32,000 nucleotides of DNA from contig BAAFSQ010000098.1 of NCBI GenBank assembly GCA_054661495.1, positions 1 through 32,000 on the forward strand. The letters are read 5' to 3'. A model generated the notes under the pieces. That model was not told where the DNA came from, did not search any database, and worked only from the letters and a program-made list of their open reading frames with translations. This stretch comes from Zygophlyctis sp. KS116 (lineage: Eukaryota; Fungi; Chytridiomycota). Shown here in pieces: positions 21,272 through 32,000 of this stretch. The translations under genes were made by a program, and so were the position numbers. The first letter of the stretch is position 1. Every line of letters begins with the position of its first letter.

Positions 21272-22188
21272 TGATCTCTTTAAACACTGGCCTAGTATTT
21301 TTTTCACCTTGTGCCTCAGTAGGGAATGTAAATTTGACAATGATTCTATTAAAAAATATCTACTTGGTATCTAAATTTAATCTACAAACTACTTCTAATT
21401 GACGGTCTTGGAGGCGCAGAAACAAGATCTGATAGATCCAAGTGCTCAGCATGGCGTTAAAATCTATTTTTAGAATGGGCTATAAATAGGTGGTTGCCGT
21501 AAAAGAAGGCATTTAAAAAAGTATGCTATCAATTACATTCAAAAACACTATCTTACTCATGACAGTTGCTCTCTCTGCATTGATCACTAACGTTGATGCA
21601 GTGGCCAACTGTAACACTGCGTCGAACCAATGCTGTTGGGTACGTCAAGTTCGGACAGAACTGGGAGGGAATGAAAACAGTATTGCCAAATTCAATTGTT
21701 GTGGTAAAAAGGGAGTTCGTTGCGGCTCAGGAAATGTCACAGAACTAGACTGGAGAAGTCATGGACTTGATCCCACAAAAATTCCTACTCAAAGAGCGTT
21801 ACTGAATTTGCCCGGACTTAAAGAAATGTAATATTTACTTTTAATTAATCATCAGAAAACTTGGAGCGATTTGCACAGATCAGAGTCTTCCTGGTGGAAG
21901 AAGTTGGTTATACTGCTCTTGAGCACTGCATCATATGTCGCTAAACCAAAAAATGTTAACGAATGAAGCACCAACAATTGTACTTTTAGTGCTGTATTCA
22001 AAATAAGAAATGGTTTATGACAAAAACTGAGTCTTTATTATTCACAATGAGCTAATCATCTACTCAAATCATTCATTTTCCGATTTAATTTGCTGATTCT
22101 ATCCCTATTTTCATCAGCACGATCTTGTACTCTGTCCAATTGATGTCGTTGATTTTCTAATTCGTTATTCATTGATGCTCCCATCATT
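21187..22188 (+). repeat. ~1.0-kb direct repeat, copy 2
   Basis: Copy of 18170-19171. Continues rightwards into the intact Sec9 gene. Confidence 0.97.
21523..21922 (+). CDS. Small secreted Cys-rich protein, copy 2 (identical)
   Basis: Identical to 18506-18905. Intron at 21828-21855. Confidence 0.8.
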
Positions 22189-22844
22189 CTCAGTCTCCCA
22201 AGACCAGCAGAGATTTGATTTAGATTAGAATCTATTCCTTCTTCTACAGAATCCCTTTCTAGTCCATCTGGAGTTGAATGAATATGACTAACTCTTCCTC
22301 CAACAGATGATCCTCTAGAAGAAATAGCTGGAGCAGATGAAGAATTATTAGCTCTAGGATCTACTCTTTTTCTATTTTCTTTCTCAGTCTTTGATTCTCT
22401 TTCTGCAGCCTTTTTTTCTAAAGCTTCCTGTTTCTTTTTAGAGGATTTACTTCCAATTGCAGGTAAAAAGAACCAACCATTTAATGCCTTTAATCTAGTA
22501 GTTTTCGTTTCAGATATTTTAGCATGCTGATCAGCTTCATCTAATCTTTTATCAACTTTTTCCAATTGTTCACTCTGTAGAGCCAATTTTGATAAATTAG
22601 AAGTTGCAATTTCAGATGCAATCGTTAATTTTCCCAATGCTCTTGAAGAGGCATCCAATGAATCATTTTGAATTTGTCTAGTATGACTTGTATAATCATT
22701 TGAACCATAATTAAAGCCATTGCCTTTGATTTCTTCTTCAGCTCTTGCCCATTTATTATCATCAGATCCTTGTTCTCTTTCTCTTGGTTCTCTTGATGAT
22801 GATCCTCTAGATGATCCCTTTGAGGGGTTGTTGTTATAAGACAT
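22056..22844 (-). CDS. SEC9: SNAP-25/Sec9 family Qbc-SNARE
   Basis: Two SNARE heptad motifs ('SLDASSRAL...LALQSEQLEKVDKRLD' and 'IDSNLNQISAGLGRLRMMGASMNNELENQRHQLDRV'), no TM anchor, intronless. Confidence 0.88.
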   Translation of the reverse strand: MSYNNNPSKGSSRGSSSREPREREQGSDDNKWARAEEEIKGNGFNYGSNDYTSHTRQIQNDSLDASSRALGKLTIASEIATSNLSKLALQSEQLEKVDKRLDEADQHAKISETKTTRLKALNGWFFLPAIGSKSSKKKQEALEKKAAERESKTEKENRKRVDPRANNSSSAPAISSRGSSVGGRVSHIHSTPDGLERDSVEEGIDSNLNQISAGLGRLRMMGASMNNELENQRHQLDRVQDRADENRDRISKLNRKMNDLSR

Positions 22845-22959
22845 TTCTAAATTTAACGAGATATAAATAGAAATTCAACTTGGCAATGAGAACCGGCCGG
22901 ATAAAAATTAGCCGGTCGGTAGTGGCGTCTCAGTAACTTACGAAATGCATGATAATATC

Positions 22960-23444
22960 CTAGTATTTATATTTAGTACTGTAATCTTTTGGTGATATAA
23001 CCAATCCTTTTCCCTTTCTAGCTCCCCTGTAAACAGTTTCTAATTTTAAATAAATTTAAATATACCAACAATATCAATTAACTCTTGTTTATTTGTTAGA
23101 GGCCAATTGATTTTATTGTTATCTCCTGTTCCAAGATCAATCATTATATGTCTATTTCTAAAGAAAAACATTACAGTGCATGGATCATATAATTCATACA
23201 TTTTTGTAAACTCTGGAACTTCTGTAATGTCGACAACATAAATAACAGCAAAGTTTGATAATTTCTCTGCAACTCCATACAATGTTTCATCCATCTGCAT
23301 GCATTGAGGATCCTGAATTTTAAGTATAACTGATTATTTTACCCAATCATGTCCGAATCTTATAATTACAATCCTTTCTTCTTCGTTTAGTATCGCTTGA
23401 TCAACATGCCATCCTGTATGTAAATGGGTCAAGAAATAAGACAT
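22960..23444 (-). CDS. DIM1: U5 snRNP protein Dim1/Dib1 (TXNL4A)
   Basis: 'MSYFLTHLHTGWHVDQAI...IRFGHDWDPQCMQMDE...MIDLGTGDNNKINW...ETVYRGARKGKGLVISPKDYSTKYKY'. Introns at 23313-23342 and 23040-23065. Confidence 0.97.
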
Positions 23445-23534
23445 TTTCTCACTTTATGCCCTCAAAAAGGTAATTTTGCATTCATTGGCAAATGTTCACC
23501 ATTGATTTGCTATTTGAAAAATTCTAATTAATAT

Positions 23535-25268
23535 TTATAAATTAAATGCTCCACTCGGATATGTAATGTTTTGAATTCTTAATCCAATTTTATACTTTTC
23601 AGTCCTTGTTGAATTTGGTTTGATTACGATTTTTGTTGGTTTATTCTGTAAAATTGAATCAAGGCTAAATGATTGTGGTTTTGAGTTTATTATACTATTC
23701 TTTGATGATAATTGCTTTTTCCAATCTTGATATTTTAGTAATTTTAAATCTTGAGTAGACTGTTTAGTCAGTAGGTATTCTTTTCGTGCTTTAGTGGTTA
23801 TAGTTTCACTATTTTTACAATTTGGTAATGAATAAAGGTATAGTAGCAAATTCAAAAAAGAATCTAATAGCGCTTCATTTTCAGGAGGAAATATTCTTGA
23901 GAAATTGCCAAGATGTTCATCTTCATAGGTTTTATACTTTTTAGATAATGCTCCACAATGTATACTTTTCAAGGTTTCCAAACAGTCTATAGGATCTTTA
24001 GAGTGTAGAGTTGTTGAAGATGTGTTCGATTTAGAAGAGGTACAAGAAGAGGTAGAAGATGTAATTGATTCTTTTGAATTCTGTAAAGATCCTAATAATC
24101 TGCTTCTTGAAAGATCCTTTTGGTCTTTTTCAAACTTTTTTTGCATTGATGAATTCAGATTAACCAAAACTAGAGTATCCGTAATTAGTCCCGTTTTAAT
24201 CCTTAAATCTAAATCAGAATCAGTTGAAAACTAATTTTTAATAAAGACTATTACAGAGGGTGAATGATTAACTTCAAGAACCCATGGTTTTAATTTTGAG
24301 TCCAAGAGTACATCAAATCCAAGAATTTCAAAACACTGGCTCCCAAATGAGGTTTTATTGAGTCCTTCCATTCGATTTTTTGGAAAACAAACACTCATTA
24401 TTTTGGTAATTTGAGGTTGTACAATAAGTAAAGTTTTAACAAGAGCATTACATATTTTTTTCCACAATTCCTGTACATTAACACCTGCCGATTCAAGAAA
24501 TTTAAAGACTGCTGACATTGATCTCTTTGATCCTCGCTCAGTTTTATCAAACTTTTCTGAATTCTTGTTTATGGCATAGTTTGTCAAATGCATATGAAGA
24601 GAAGCAAAGTTTTTTGTTTTGGGTTCAGAGTATGGTTCTGTAGCAAATCTAGCTAGTCCTTCATTGTACACAAATATACGAAGTGGTTCCATACAAGTAA
24701 CCAAAACATAAATCCGAAGATCAAACTTGAACCCATCAATCAGAAAAGGTTTTAATACATAATTTTGAATTACTACATCGCTGTTTAAAGATCCATTTCT
24801 TTTCTGAATTTTCATGATTTGCTTTGGACTCTTTGCTAGAAATATTCCCTTTCCTTGGCATCCTTGATCAGGCTTCACAATATAAACATTATGATCACTT
24901 GAGCGATAATTTAGATTAAAATCAGACCATTCTGAAGGCAGTATCCAACTTTTGGGGAAGAAATCAAACTCTTTTCGTTTATGAATTCTTGACAGATTTC
25001 TGGCTAATAAATTCTTTCTGCAGATTTCACTCATTCCAGGGAAATGATTAATCTTTTGGTATGCATTCATTTCCAAGATCCTTGATAGGGAAACTCCAGT
25101 ATCAATCCAGTACAAGATCCACTTTTTGGGATCGTCAGAGCAATGGAATCCGAGGCTTGTAGCGCATTCCTTTACAATATCATACTTGCATGTGCTGGCA
25201 TTAATAATCAGTTTCTTCTTCTTTTTATGGACTTTAGGTATCACTTTCGAACTCTTTTCCAGGGACAT
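23535..25268 (-). CDS. Tubulin polyglutamylase, TTLL6/TTLL13 type
   Basis: 'QKINHFPGMSEICRK.LLARNL', 'KPDQGCQGKGI', 'KFDLRIYVLVT', 'MHLTNYAINK' and 'CFEILGFDVLLD..LKPWVLEVNHSPS|FSTDS' across a 24-nt intron at 24231-24254. Confidence 0.92.
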
Positions 25269-25336
25269 TTTCAAATGACGTTGTTCGGAACTTAACAAGT
25301 TATATTTATTTCAAGTATGATCAATTGACTTGAGAA

Positions 25337-28300
25337 TCAATTCTCTTTCAAGTCTGTATAAAGATTTTCAACATATTCCAATATGCTCTTGTTTTCTCGC
25401 ATAATTTGTATTGGAACCATTGAGAGTGCTAACACTTAGAATAAAATAAATTACCGTTTCGACTGCATTTCGTTTCAGTCTGAAGAGAACTAATAACACT
25501 TCCAAATAATAACCAGAATACTGCCACAACATATAATCCACCAAAAATATACGTTGCATTACCACCAACCTTAAGTGAGGAAAATCCATTTTCAAGGTAT
25601 TCTTTACATGCATGATAGCATTGGTAAAGTCCTGTTTCTGCTTCGTTGTTCAAAACTTCCCAAAGGAACCAGAAATCATTTTCAGTTGTAGCGTCAAACT
25701 TATTCTTTAGTCTACTAGCAGCATCAATGATAGAATTCATCATGGCTCCTACTCCCAATGTAGTTTTAGCAGCGTAATCAGGTGGAAGCCAATCATCTCC
25801 AGCACTGGCCATGCGGTTTAATAAGTTTTGAGGAGATGTGTATGCTTCAGAAATAGGATCTTGGAATAAAGATGAAAGTTTCGGTATTAAATGTGCTTTC
25901 TGAGATACATCATCATAATATGTTTTTATCTAAAGTAAGATTAAAGATAAAATACCTTTTCAACATATGTTCCAAACTTAACAACATTTTCTGGATATGG
26001 GTCACAAAATAGACTATTTGTACAATGAAGATATAGTCCCATGGGTCTCCACATTACCCCAACATTATACATGTATAGATTTGCCACTTCGCTTGCCAAA
26101 TTTATAGCGCTACTCAATTGTGCGTTTGTTGTATAGAGCCATGCTACATGTCCGATAAGAGGGAAAGAAATTGAAATTAAACCCAACATAAAAATGATCA
26201 AAAATTTCTTATTTTGATATGGTATGATCTAAAGGTTATTATTAATCACTATTACCGAAATATCCTGAACGTCTTCGGTAGCATCATTGTTTGCTACGGC
26301 CTCATCATCGTCTTCATCTTCCTCATCAGATCCACTCTCTTCTTCTTCGTCATCATCATCATAATTGCCGTTATTTGCTCCATCTGCGGTCGAGGACATA
26401 GCATCATCTTCATCTTTCTTTTTATACTGAGCACTTTCTTCAAGATTTGCAGGAAGATATACGTTGTATACAAGATCATAAATATATGATTTAGGAAGAG
26501 TAACAATCAATCTTAGGATATTTTCTCTGTCTTTTTGAATTTTTTGCAATTGCGGATTTAGTAAAACCCAAAAAACGATCTATAATGAGTAGCTAAAATT
26601 ATACCAAAGCCACTGCAATAGTAATAATTGCAAGAATCAAGTGAGCAAGTGCTAATTGTGACAAAATCCTAGAACTGATATCCGGTATCAGGTCTGCAAG
26701 TTTTAAATTCAAAGTATTAAAAATATTTCGGTTCGCCACAATCAAGTTCCAATAACGTTCTGATTTTTTAACATCAAATTCCGAGTCAACAATTTCTCCG
26801 GCGCCAATGTAAAGGGAAAAGGCACTCCACAGTGTGGTGACTTCAAATATTGTGATTTCTTCAGCCGAACCATTTACGAACTGCCCAACCTGGAATTTCC
26901 CTAAAATTTGAACATCCAATTCATCTCCAGGAATACGCATCTTCATATAAAAAGCTTGAAAGTTATTGAAAGTATCAATCAATCCAACATCCACTTCGTG
27001 AATATATTCTTTTAAAGCATGGGTGGTCTTTTCAGAGCCATTTTCAGCCTTTTCAACCCAAGGACAAATTGGGTAAGTATTGTTTTCAGGATTAAATGAG
27101 CAAGGACCATAATTCACCGATTCATCTTGCTGCAGTAGTAAATATCTAGCGGCAAAAACGAGTTCATTACTTTTTACATTCAATTCAGCCAAACTCTCCA
27201 TAAACGTATAGTAAGAAGAAGGAGACGGGAACTGATTGACGATAATAATTCCAACAGAAAAAATAATAATGAATCCAACCAAAAGAATATTAAGCAAAAA
27301 TGAAAAGTATCTAAGAGATGAATCTGGCTTATTCGAATCTTTGACAAATTTAAATTTCTCATCGAATATTCGATTCTTGGATGAAACTGTTGTAGAAGCA
27401 TTAGTTAAAGCGACTGATTGAACATCCTCACCACGGACCGATATTTGATTAGAACCAGAAGTTTCAGAGACACCACCCCTGAACTTCAGCTTCTTGGTGC
27501 TTGAGGTGATCGAGCCTGACGCCGATTGAGAATTACTTCTCGAGTCTAATCTATTGTCTTGCGTATAATATTTCAAAACCAATTCTAATCTTCAAATTCA
27601 AAAAGTATACCTCTGGGGACTTTCATCTCCAGTTTTTTATGTCTTAGCCTGCCAATAAACGATTTGGCTCCTTCTGAAGAAACTTGCTCTGTGACCTTTT
27701 GTAAAAATATTGGAAACGAACCTGAATTTCAATAGGAACAGTACTTCCATCTCGATGAATCGTATCTACTTCTCGAGCGATTCCAACAACTCTCGCTACT
27801 TTAGTTTGTTTGTACCTATTGATTGATAAAATAAAATAAATACCTTAATAAGTAACCGTCATGCTTTTCTGAAACCTCTGGCGGTTGAATTTTATTGATA
27901 TTTCTGCCAATCACTTCTTCAGGATCAAATCCTAGCAAAATAAATGCATCATCATTGACTGCCAGTATTGTTCCAATTTCATCAATAGTAAGTAGTGCAT
28001 CAAGTTCAGTCATATCACGAACCAACATTCTCATAGAGTCATCTTCCTTTGATTGAGTGAGGTTATAAGAAATTGGTAACAATGAAAAACTTTTAGTAAC
28101 CGCCTGCAAGTAAAAATTCTGGGAAGGATTTTTCAAGCCTCTGACAATCCAGTTTGCTCTGTCTTGTGCAGGATTATCCACTAAAGGCGGAATTATGATT
28201 TCAATTGGATTTCCAACAAAGTCCGAAATTCTGCGATCTTTCTGATAACCAAGCATGGTAAGTACGTTTCGGCTAATATTGATGATGATTCCAGCTTTAT

Positions 28301-31300
28301 TCATAACAATTTCATACGACTCTTTAAATCCTCTCCTACTACCTGGACCACCTGATCCGCCTAAATCTCCTCTTCTAAGAACACCTTTAAAAAGCATTTT
28401 ACCGCTACCATCATTCGCGTCAGATCGGGTAATAATCGCACGGATTTGTATCACCGATCCGTCCGAATGAACCGCAGGAAGAATTCTTCCATCCACAGCA
28501 CGTAAAATGTTAGAAACTTTGGTTTTTCTGTATCTCTCTAAGTACATATCATGGTCTAAAAGTTAAAACTCGAGGGAATAATTTACAATCACAGTAGGGC
28601 GGAGGCATAATCCCCTTAATGTTTTTTCCTACGATGTCGTCCCTTTTATATCCTAAAAGGGTTTGAATTCCTTGGTCAGTGTTTTGGATAGTTCCAAAGC
28701 CATCAATGAATATAACACCTTCTATATTAGATGTATCACGAATGTTGGCCATCCAGACTCTTTCTCCATTCACGAAAAATTCTTCTACTGTCAAAGAAGC
28801 AGGAAAGGTAGCTCCACTTGATGTTTTAGCAGGTACACTTCGTCCTGATGTTCCGATCACTTTTGCATTTCCGGTTTCTCTATATTTTTTCAGATAGCCA
28901 TCATGTCCAGCAGCAAATGAATCAATCATTAACATTTTCACATTCTACAATTAAGATCAAATGATATACCTGTCCAACAACATCTTCAGCTTTATATCCA
29001 AACATCTCTAAAGCACGTTTTGTAACAAGTTTAATTATACCCATTTCACTAATTAAAATAATCCCAGACGTTGCATCCTGAGACGTTTGTATTATCTGAC
29101 CAATAAATTGTCGCTCGCCATTTTCTTTTCGGCGTTCCTGAATCAATAATCTGATGTTGAATGCATATCCTTCTCCATGTAGACCATACAGACTAATCAT
29201 TAAGGGAAAAAACTTACGCTTGAGGTTTTCCTATCACTGTTGATACATTAGAAACTCTGTATTTAGTCAAGAATTGATCATGGTGCTCTTTCCAGGGACT
29301 GGGCACCAATAACTTAATATTTCGTCCCATAACTGCTTGTCTGGACAATCCAAATATAGTTAAAAGCATCTTATTGACTTGTTCTATTAATCCATCTTCA
29401 GAGATAGCAATAACCCCCTGGGTATCAGGAGAGCCACGACCATCATTAGCTTTGGCTTCTTCAGCCTCACGAGCCCGTTGCTCTTCAGCCCTTCGATGAT
29501 ATTTTGAAGCCTCTTCGGCATTGTGAAGAATCAAATCGAGGAAAAAAGCATAGCTACTGAGAATGGCAGTATACTTTGGATATCTGAGTAACATTGATTT
29601 AAAAATTAAGCCAGCTTTCGCACATTCAATTTCCATTTTTTTTGAAGCTTTGAGGAACGCTGAAAAAGATATTGATTTCTGCAAAAAAAGGATCCAAAAC
29701 TCTCGAATCGACTTATTTTAAGAAGCAAAAATATACCTGGATTGCTACATTGGTAATCTGTTGTGTTTCCAGAAAATATTTTTGAAATTCAACATAATTA
29801 ACTATTTCAACAGCATTTTGATCCTCAGATGTGACACGAGCCGCAATTGCTTTTACTTCAATCTTTCTTCTGAAAATAAAATAACGAGTATATAAAGATG
29901 GTTCCAATTTTGAAATAGCGTCCAGTTTCATTAAATGGGCCGAGGGATCTGCACTCGTTGAAGTTAAGAAACTGACGCGCAATAACTTTACAAACTTTCT
30001 ATCGGGAAAGGCTCGTTCAGCTTTTTCGTAATGCGTGGTGGCAGCTCCCAGAAATTCCGGTTTGTCGGTGAAATGCCAAAGCATTCGGCCCACCAAGTCG
30101 ATCGTATTAACATTCGCGCGGTACTGTAATAAAATATTTGAGAGATATAACTTTGGGTTTCTCTCGTAATCACTCTTATCATATTGCCCAGATTTCTTAG
30201 TATCATTGGATGCTTTTTTCTGATTAACAGCTTTCGACAAATTATTGGCCATTTTTAGGACACCTTTTGCAGCTTTTGACAGCTTGGTTTCCTTCTCCTT
30301 GTTATCATCCTTTTCAGAGTTTGCCTCTATAGCTGAAGCAGATATACTTTCCTTGGTTTTCTTGGATAAAGTATGCAGTTCAACCAACTCTATAGCGATT
30401 GCTGCAAATTAAAGAATCCTTAACTTACCGGTCATATGTTCGATTCTTGAATTTATTAACGCTTCTCCTAAAAAGAAAAAGGGAATAATACCTAAAGTTT
30501 ATATGGTATAATTTTTGTACCTGCAATCAGTATATAATCGAAAACACGATTCTCATTAGTTTCATTTCCACTAGTATTGACTGACATGAACGAGACAGAC
30601 GCAAACCAAAAAAGCACCATAATTAGCCCTCCGCGTATTCTATTAGCCAATAGCACCTTTGCACGATTAGATAAAAGATAGATACCTGAAATGGTAAGTA
30701 AATATATATGTGAAAAACAAGAGCCGTTATGATGAGAAAATTAAATAATGATTCCCACCAATGACCATAAGGATTGATAGATGGCCCAACCAAAAACTTA
30801 TTAATAGTCATAAATATGACCGAAAAATAATATTGTTTTCTATAACCAGAGCCAGTTGTTACACTCATATCATTTTGTACTGGGATTAGATTGCTTTGAA
30901 TAGTTGATATAATAAAGATTCCAAAAATCACCAAAAGCATTGCGATTGTCCCAAGTGCAATTAAGCCATTATTGGTTCCAGAAAAACATGCAACTTTTCT
31001 TACATATGAGTTGAAATATTTTACCCGGGAATATTTATGAGTATATTATCACTAGAACAAAACCAGGGCAGTAGAAGTATATAAACTATGGCTGGGAAAA
31101 AAATTTGTGCGCCAGTAGTCATAATACTTACTAATATAGCACTAAAGAGTTGATGGTTTGGAAATCTAAACCAATATGATATACCAAATACCACAAAGGT
31201 AACTGATAGGAGTAGAATAAAGATCGCAGTGAACCAAAATGCTACCTGTCGTATAAAACAATATATTAATAATACCTGATATTCCCCATACGAAAAAGCG

Positions 31301-31654
31301 GGGAGCTGTAGCTGAATCCATCTCGAGAATTCGGCCCATCTCAAAGAAACATGTCCAAACATAAAACCTAAAATAAATCATCTTGTTTTACCATCTATCA
31401 AATTAATGAATCGAATGATTACCGTGTATAAGGAAAGGAATGATGTGAAATAGATCCAAAATAACTCCAAACAAAAATTCGCCAATATTATTTCGGACAA
31501 GTTTTCTGTCATTGATTACAGTTTGCAATGAGAATAGGATTCCAAAATATGTATCTTCTAGTAATGCTGAAATATACTTGATTGTGTAACCCTCTTGAGC
31601 AAAGATAAGACTGGAATTTCCTCGGTTCTGCGACGTATCACTGGATGAGGACAT
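25337..31654 (-). CDS. Large multi-pass membrane protein with five PAS domains (TmcB/TmcC-like architecture), ~19 exons
   Basis: N-terminal TM bundle, helical TPR-like region ('YPKYTAILSSYAFFLDLILHN'), 5 PAS repeats, further TM pairs, and C-terminal 'ETKCSRNALSMVPIQIMRENKSILEYV'. About 18 introns of 24-31 nt join all minus-strand fragments in frame. Confidence 0.85.
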
Positions 31655-31701
31655 TTCGCGTCTCAAAAACTATTACGGAGATTTTCGCGTTTTGTTCGCG
31701 T
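31654..31701. promoter_or_regulatory. Cluster of three TTCGCGT (ACGCGAA; SCB/MCB/E2F-like) motifs
   Basis: tttcgcgt at 31654-31661, tttcgcgt at 31683-31690 and ttcgcgt at 31695-31701, in a 46-nt intergenic gap of otherwise CG-poor DNA. Confidence 0.5.
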
Positions 31702-32000
31702 CAAGTCTGATAATTCTTTGAATCAAGCAAAATAGATTCAATCTCTTCTTGGATCGTCATCAGACCTTTGTACATTTCAAAATACTCGGATCGAGGCGTG
31801 ACAATGACTTTTAGACTCTTTCTTGGAATCACAAGATTGATATTGATGTTCTTGAGTGCCGCAATACCTCTGAATGCACAACCCACTGCAGCAGAATTAG
31901 GATGATCATCGGCATAAACTGTAACGCCGAAAACATCTGAGCAAATCTGAAGAATTGTAATGTTCTGACTTGCACCACCTATAATGATTCTAATAATATT
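31701..32000 (-). CDS. Xylulokinase (FGGY kinase) C-terminus, partial at window edge
   Basis: 'RIIIGGASQNITILQICSDVFGVTVY...NSAAVGCAFRG' matches the C-terminal motifs of eukaryotic xylulokinase. Confidence 0.8.
   Translation of the reverse strand, partial: NIIRIIIGGASQNITILQICSDVFGVTVYADDHPNSAAVGCAFRGIAALKNININLVIPRKSLKVIVTPRSEYFEMYKGLMTIQEEIESILLDSKNYQT

Noticed and set aside
21066-21402. Plus-strand ORFs of 102 and 75 aa across the right junction (and 18179-18385)
   Set aside because: They are antisense shadows of the ValRS 5' region joined by chance to cassette sequence.
18170-22188. LTR retrotransposon or composite transposon interpretation of the 1-kb repeats
   Set aside because: The repeats consist of host gene pieces (ValRS 5' end, Sec9 3' end), lack TG...CA ends, and the interior has no gag, RT, integrase or transposase.
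26300-26420. tca/tct-rich microsatellite-like tract
   Set aside because: It encodes the Asp/Glu-rich linker of the PAS membrane protein.
1-32000. tRNA, rRNA or snRNA genes
   Set aside because: None recognised by eye, and intergenic gaps are mostly too short. A covariance-model scan (tRNAscan-SE, Infernal/Rfam) would be needed to exclude them.

Overview
This window is eukaryotic, AT-rich and extremely gene-dense nuclear DNA. It most likely comes from a flagellated (zoosporic, chytrid-like) fungus; this is an inference from fungal-type Kin1, Sec9 and pyruvate carboxylase alongside ciliary KAP3 and TTLL6/13, plus TBC1D7. Manual splicing gives about 18 genes: EMC6, pyruvate carboxylase, a divergent importin-alpha-like ARM protein, an unknown Q/S/P-rich protein, TBC1D7, NDUFAF2-like, KAP3, a secreted repeat protein, Kin1, ValRS, a small Cys-rich secreted protein (2 identical copies), a Crinkler-like Ubl+HNH nuclease, Sec9/SNAP-25, Dim1, TTLL6/13, a large multi-PAS membrane protein and the 3' end of xylulokinase. 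Every intron I could place (~63) is an ultra-short GT-AG intron of 24-35 nt, and one pair may flank a 3-nt micro-exon. The standout structure is a ~2.0-kb cassette (19172-21186) carrying the intronless HNH gene and a decayed paralog of the secreted gene. It is flanked by an essentially perfect ~1.0-kb direct duplication (18170-19171 = 21187-22188) that copies the ValRS 5' end, the secreted gene and the Sec9 3' end, leaving both housekeeping genes intact. All identifications are by eye from motifs; no searches were run.
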